From a virus (taxonomy: Duplodnaviria; Caudoviricetes), in the IMG/VR virus record IMGVR_UViG_3300017963_000593, positions 1 through 30,844 of that record: DNA of 30,844 nucleotides; one strand, 5' to 3'. Made by a program: the position numbers and the translations under genes. The notes beneath the pieces are model-generated. The model saw only the letters and a list, made by a program, of their open reading frames with translations. It ran no database searches and had not been told where the DNA came from. Shown here one piece after another: positions 28,032-30,844 of this stretch; position 1 is the stretch's first letter; every line of letters begins with the position of its first letter.

Positions 28032-28686
28032 TGTTCTCCTCGTACCCAAACTTATACTCTGTCAAGCCATCTGTCAATGCTGCCCATGATATAGGAAACA
28101 GCTTACGCATTCTGTCACTGATTTGTGTAGCAACTTCTCTTGTCTCCGCTTGTGTATCAGAAGCACAACGCAGGTTACACATATCAGCAAAGGCATCAAG
28201 GCTACCTGACCAGTACCACTCAGTCATCATCGACTGTGGTAGGACCATACGTGCTTGCTCTGGGCAGACGCCTTCATCTAATAACTGACTATACATAAAG
28301 AGTGAATCAAGTTGAAGATTACAGGCGTTTGAGTTTGTCTTAACTTCACCCTCACTTCCTTGCTTCTTATCTTTAGCACGTCCTCTCCATGTCTTTGGTT
28401 CGTAAAACTCAGGCTCTTCATCCACATACCTACGGCTGATCTCGTTCCAGCGTAGGAACTTATGTTTCACAAGTTGACGTGCCACAAAGATAGGAGCCTT
28501 AACGTGGAAGCTGGCAAAGCAATGACCAAAGGGAGACATGTGTTTGTGCTCTGCCAGATACCAGATTAGTTTCTCATCTTTGGCTGTTGTATATGTGTTA
28601 CTGGACTTCTTGCCGAAGGACACTCTTGCAGCATTAACGACAGTAATATCACTGCCCATGTAATCCATCAGGGTTGCTTTAATCAT
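28021..28686 (-). CDS. thyX: flavin-dependent thymidylate synthase
   Basis: VVNAARVSF, HKHMSPF, PIFVARQLVKH...NEISRRYV, EQARMVLP and AQ.E-like motifs. Confidence 0.93.
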   Translation of the reverse strand: MIKATLMDYMGSDITVVNAARVSFGKKSSNTYTTAKDEKLIWYLAEHKHMSPFGHCFASFHVKAPIFVARQLVKHKFLRWNEISRRYVDEEPEFYEPKTWRGRAKDKKQGSEGEVKTNSNACNLQLDSLFMYSQLLDEGVCPEQARMVLPQSMMTEWYWSGSLDAFADMCNLRCASDTQAETREVATQISDRMRKLFPISWAALTDGLTEYKFGYEENNDE

Positions 28687-28814
28687 TCTATACTGTCTTT
28701 ACCTTTGTGTTTTTCTTTACGTACTGGCTTAGGTTTCTTCTTGTCAGGCACAACCCTAGGCTTGTACTTGGGTTGCCTCAAGTCCCTAGCCATTGGGTTG
28801 CGCCTGTTGTTCAT
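28683..28814 (-). CDS. 43-aa basic protein resembling ribosome-rescue factor ArfA
   Basis: MNNRRNPMARDLRQPKYKPRVVPDKKKPKPVRKEKHKGKDSIE*; starts 1 nt after the ssb stop and overlaps thyX by ATGA. The ORF is well supported; the function is inference. Confidence 0.6.
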   Translation of the reverse strand: MNNRRNPMARDLRQPKYKPRVVPDKKKPKPVRKEKHKGKDSIE

Positions 28815-28815
28815 C

Positions 28816-29298
28816 TTACCAACGATCTTCCATCTCTAGTTCTTTGTAAGGTACGTGCTCAATGATACCTACCTTCTCAAGACGGACAGAGGCAGTTGAC
28901 CCCTTGCCGTAGATAGAAATCTTGACCTTGGCTTTAGTGCCGTTGCCAAGTGCACCGTCTTCGATGTAGTCCCAAGGTGTATTTGTTGTACCCTTGGTGA
29001 CAGATGGTGCTCCACCGAAGTCATCAATACCTGATGGGTGTACATTAGGACGCTTGAGTTTCATACCCTTACGTCCACCTGCTGCATCGAAGGGCTTGAT
29101 CATCTTGTTACCCATTGACTCCTCAGGGAAACCTAGCTCAACCATCTTGTTAATCTCTTCGTCATCCTTAGGAACGAAGACAGTATTGAACTGGCCTGAG
29201 GTGCGTTCATGGTACTCAGAGTCATCCATGTTGTCTGTGTGCAGACGGGCATAGTAGAGTTCACCCTCGAATACACCGTACTTAGTTTTAGAAGCCAT
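28816..29298 (-). CDS. single-stranded DNA-binding protein (T7 gp2.5-like)
   Basis: 160 aa, LGNGTKAKV.I..Y...RLEKV.I OB-fold pattern, short acidic tail ending in an aromatic residue, strong AAGGAG RBS, own promoter. Confidence 0.75.
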   Translation of the reverse strand: MASKTKYGVFEGELYYARLHTDNMDDSEYHERTSGQFNTVFVPKDDEEINKMVELGFPEESMGNKMIKPFDAAGGRKGMKLKRPNVHPSGIDDFGGAPSVTKGTTNTPWDYIEDGALGNGTKAKVKISIYGKGSTASVRLEKVGIIEHVPYKELEMEDRW

Positions 29299-29330
29299 CA
29301 GAATCTCCTTTGCTGGCTGTTGATCGGTTC

Positions 29331-29359
29331 ATCATATACGTTATTACCTGTATTGTCAA
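29331..29359 (-). promoter_or_regulatory. sigma70-type promoter for ssb and downstream genes
   Basis: Minus strand TTGACA (29359-29354), 17-nt spacer, TATGAT (29336-29331); intergenic with an AT-rich upstream region. Confidence 0.8.
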
Positions 29360-29377
29360 GACAAAAATTACAGGTAA
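29344..29377. repeat. nested inverted repeat covering the ssb promoter -35 box
   Basis: TTACCTGTA-TTGTC-AA-GACAA-AAAT-TACAGGTAA: 9-bp outer arms and 5-bp inner arms. Confidence 0.8.
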
Positions 29378-29403
29378 CAGTGCAAAAATAAAGTTAAAGA
29401 TTA

Positions 29404-30435
29404 TCAATGTGTATCTCTCCAAGATTTACCTATGTCAGTTGACCCAGCTAGAGGACAGACCATGTTGAAGTTCTTACCTGCATCAACGATAGCTTGACGT
29501 TGTATCTCACCTAGTAGTTCAGCATCCTTGTATGGTCCTGTCACTTCTGTCTGCCACTCATCGTGAGGCCAAGTGACTAGCTTGAAGTTAATCCATTGAC
29601 GTTTAGCTTTGTATGTCCAGTCAAGTGCTGCGTGTTTCATGATCACAGCCTCACCATTCTGTAGCATACCTGCCAAGGTCTTGTGCTCAGATGGTACTGG
29701 CACCTTGCGTCCATCCAACCCAATGAAGTACCCTCGCTTTGCTATGTGAGGTATGATCTTCTTCTTGAGGTTAGCTAACCCTTGGATAGACTCCATGAAG
29801 TTATCGACTGCTTGTGTTGCCTCCTTGTTTGATACGTTAAGAATCTGACTGATCTTGCCTGTACCTGCACCTAGCAGAAAGGCATAGATGAAAGTCTTAG
29901 CCATGTCTCTTGTTACATGTGACATACCTAGAGCCTTACGGTTGAGGTTGTGTATGTCAGTCTCGTCCTCCTTCTTACCTGACACGATAGCGTTAACATA
30001 CTCCTCTGAGTTCATCAGGTGAGCTAGCACCCGTAGCTGTATGCCCTCAGCGTCTGTGCCTACCAGCCAGCTATCCTCAGGCACGGTCCATAGTGCTCTG
30101 AACTGACCGTCATACTTAGCCTTCACCTCCTCTACTGCTGACTTAGGTGTGCCATGAAACTCAGCAGGGATGTTAGCTTGGTTGGGTGCTCTGTGAGCCA
30201 TGCGTCCTGTCCATGCACCAATGCCCATGAACTGCCCATGAATACGAGAATCGTCACCACAGTGGCCCAGCCACTCCACCAGTGAGGAACGTCTACCCTC
30301 AAGGGTCAACCACTCAGTTAAACGTTTGGCTCCTGTAGGGGCTGTCTCAGGCAGTGTGCTAAGGTTAGTCTCAGATAGAGTCCACCCGTACTTAGCAAAC
30401 TTAGAGCCTCTATCTTCGGTTCTGTTCTCTGTCAT
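29404..30435 (-). CDS. polA: family A DNA polymerase, C-terminal catalytic part
   Basis: TGRMAH..PN.ANIP, motif A DAEGIQLR, motif B RDMAKTFIYAFLLG, motif C HDE. Frame open to 30480; ATG 30435 has AAAGGA 10 nt upstream. Confidence 0.9.
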   Translation of the reverse strand: MTENRTEDRGSKFAKYGWTLSETNLSTLPETAPTGAKRLTEWLTLEGRRSSLVEWLGHCGDDSRIHGQFMGIGAWTGRMAHRAPNQANIPAEFHGTPKSAVEEVKAKYDGQFRALWTVPEDSWLVGTDAEGIQLRVLAHLMNSEEYVNAIVSGKKEDETDIHNLNRKALGMSHVTRDMAKTFIYAFLLGAGTGKISQILNVSNKEATQAVDNFMESIQGLANLKKKIIPHIAKRGYFIGLDGRKVPVPSEHKTLAGMLQNGEAVIMKHAALDWTYKAKRQWINFKLVTWPHDEWQTEVTGPYKDAELLGEIQRQAIVDAGKNFNMVCPLAGSTDIGKSWRDTH

Positions 30436-30844
30436 ACTCAATGTGTCCTTTGGTTTTGTCCACTGGTTTCCAACCTGCATCCCATAGTCTTTCGATACGC
30501 ATCTTAGGTGACGATGGTTTGAACTTGACCCAATCCATACAGATAAGCTGGGCTGGGAATGTATCGTAACTGATCTTGACCTTAGGGTATTTCTTTATAG
30601 CATCTTTGACAACCTTTGTCAACTCCCCATCTGACTTTTTCCTGTACAAAATACGATTGACTTCTTCTAGTTGGGGTGGGAAGTCCTCTTGGAAACCATC
30701 CTCTAGTTCTGCCATACGCAGTTCAATCTCATCTAGCAGATGCTCTGCCTTCTCCTTGTCGAAGAAGAAACCATTGTTGTGCATCTCCTCACATAGAATC
30801 TGAATGTCGTGCTCCACCTTGATAGCTTCTTGTTGTGTCTGATC
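30410..30844 (-). CDS. polA: family A DNA polymerase, N-terminal part (thumb region; partial, runs off the window)
   Basis: EH......EM..NGFFFD and FKPSS..RIERLWDAGWKP resemble T7 gp5 FNPSS...AGWVP; frame open to the window end; stops at TAG 30412-30410. Confidence 0.85.
   Translation of the reverse strand, partial: DQTQQEAIKVEHDIQILCEEMHNNGFFFDKEKAEHLLDEIELRMAELEDGFQEDFPPQLEEVNRILYRKKSDGELTKVVKDAIKKYPKVKISYDTFPAQLICMDWVKFKPSSPKMRIERLWDAGWKPVDKTKGHIEYDREQNRR

Noticed and set aside
30410-30480. Intron or intein at the polA break
   Set aside because: The two frames overlap with no intervening sequence.
26204-30844. Z-base (2-aminoadenine) or other base-modification system suggested by MazG plus an atypical PolA
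   Set aside because: No PurZ, DatZ or other modification enzyme is visible in the window, and this MazG type is common in ordinary phages. It cannot be excluded for the unseen part of the genome.
1-30844. tRNA, CRISPR array, integrase, reverse transcriptase/DGR, phage RNA polymerase, terminase small subunit
   Set aside because: None recognised; the window is almost entirely coding, with only two sizeable intergenic gaps (about 8601-8702 and 29299-29403).

Overview
About 30.8 kb of a lytic podovirus genome. Gene content and layout match the SIO1/cobavirus-like marine roseophages (Zobellviridae); this is inferred from the two convergent arms, the class II B12-dependent RNR, ThyX, T7-like PolA, exonuclease and endonuclease, a GNAT among the virion genes and a Rhodobacteraceae-type RPRARP motif. 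The + arm (1-23302) runs tail-fibre module, TerL, portal, scaffold, major capsid, tail tube, ejection proteins, peptidoglycan hydrolase, u-spanin, holin-like gene and a cluster of small basic proteins. The - arm (23299-30844) carries replication and nucleotide-metabolism genes. Main points of interest: (1) a 43-aa ORF missed by the ORF track that aligns by eye with ribosome-rescue factor ArfA; (2) a PolA split across two overlapping frames, with paired substitutions at the E710 and Y766 equivalents; (3) a cassette of Lys-rich microproteins including an apparently split DUF5872-like protein; (4) two near-consensus sigma70 promoters whose -35 boxes sit inside palindromes; (5) tandem tail-fibre paralogs whose C-terminal G(D/E)LA codons double as the next RBS. 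No tRNA, CRISPR, integrase or mobile element was seen. All family names come from motif recognition, not from database searches.
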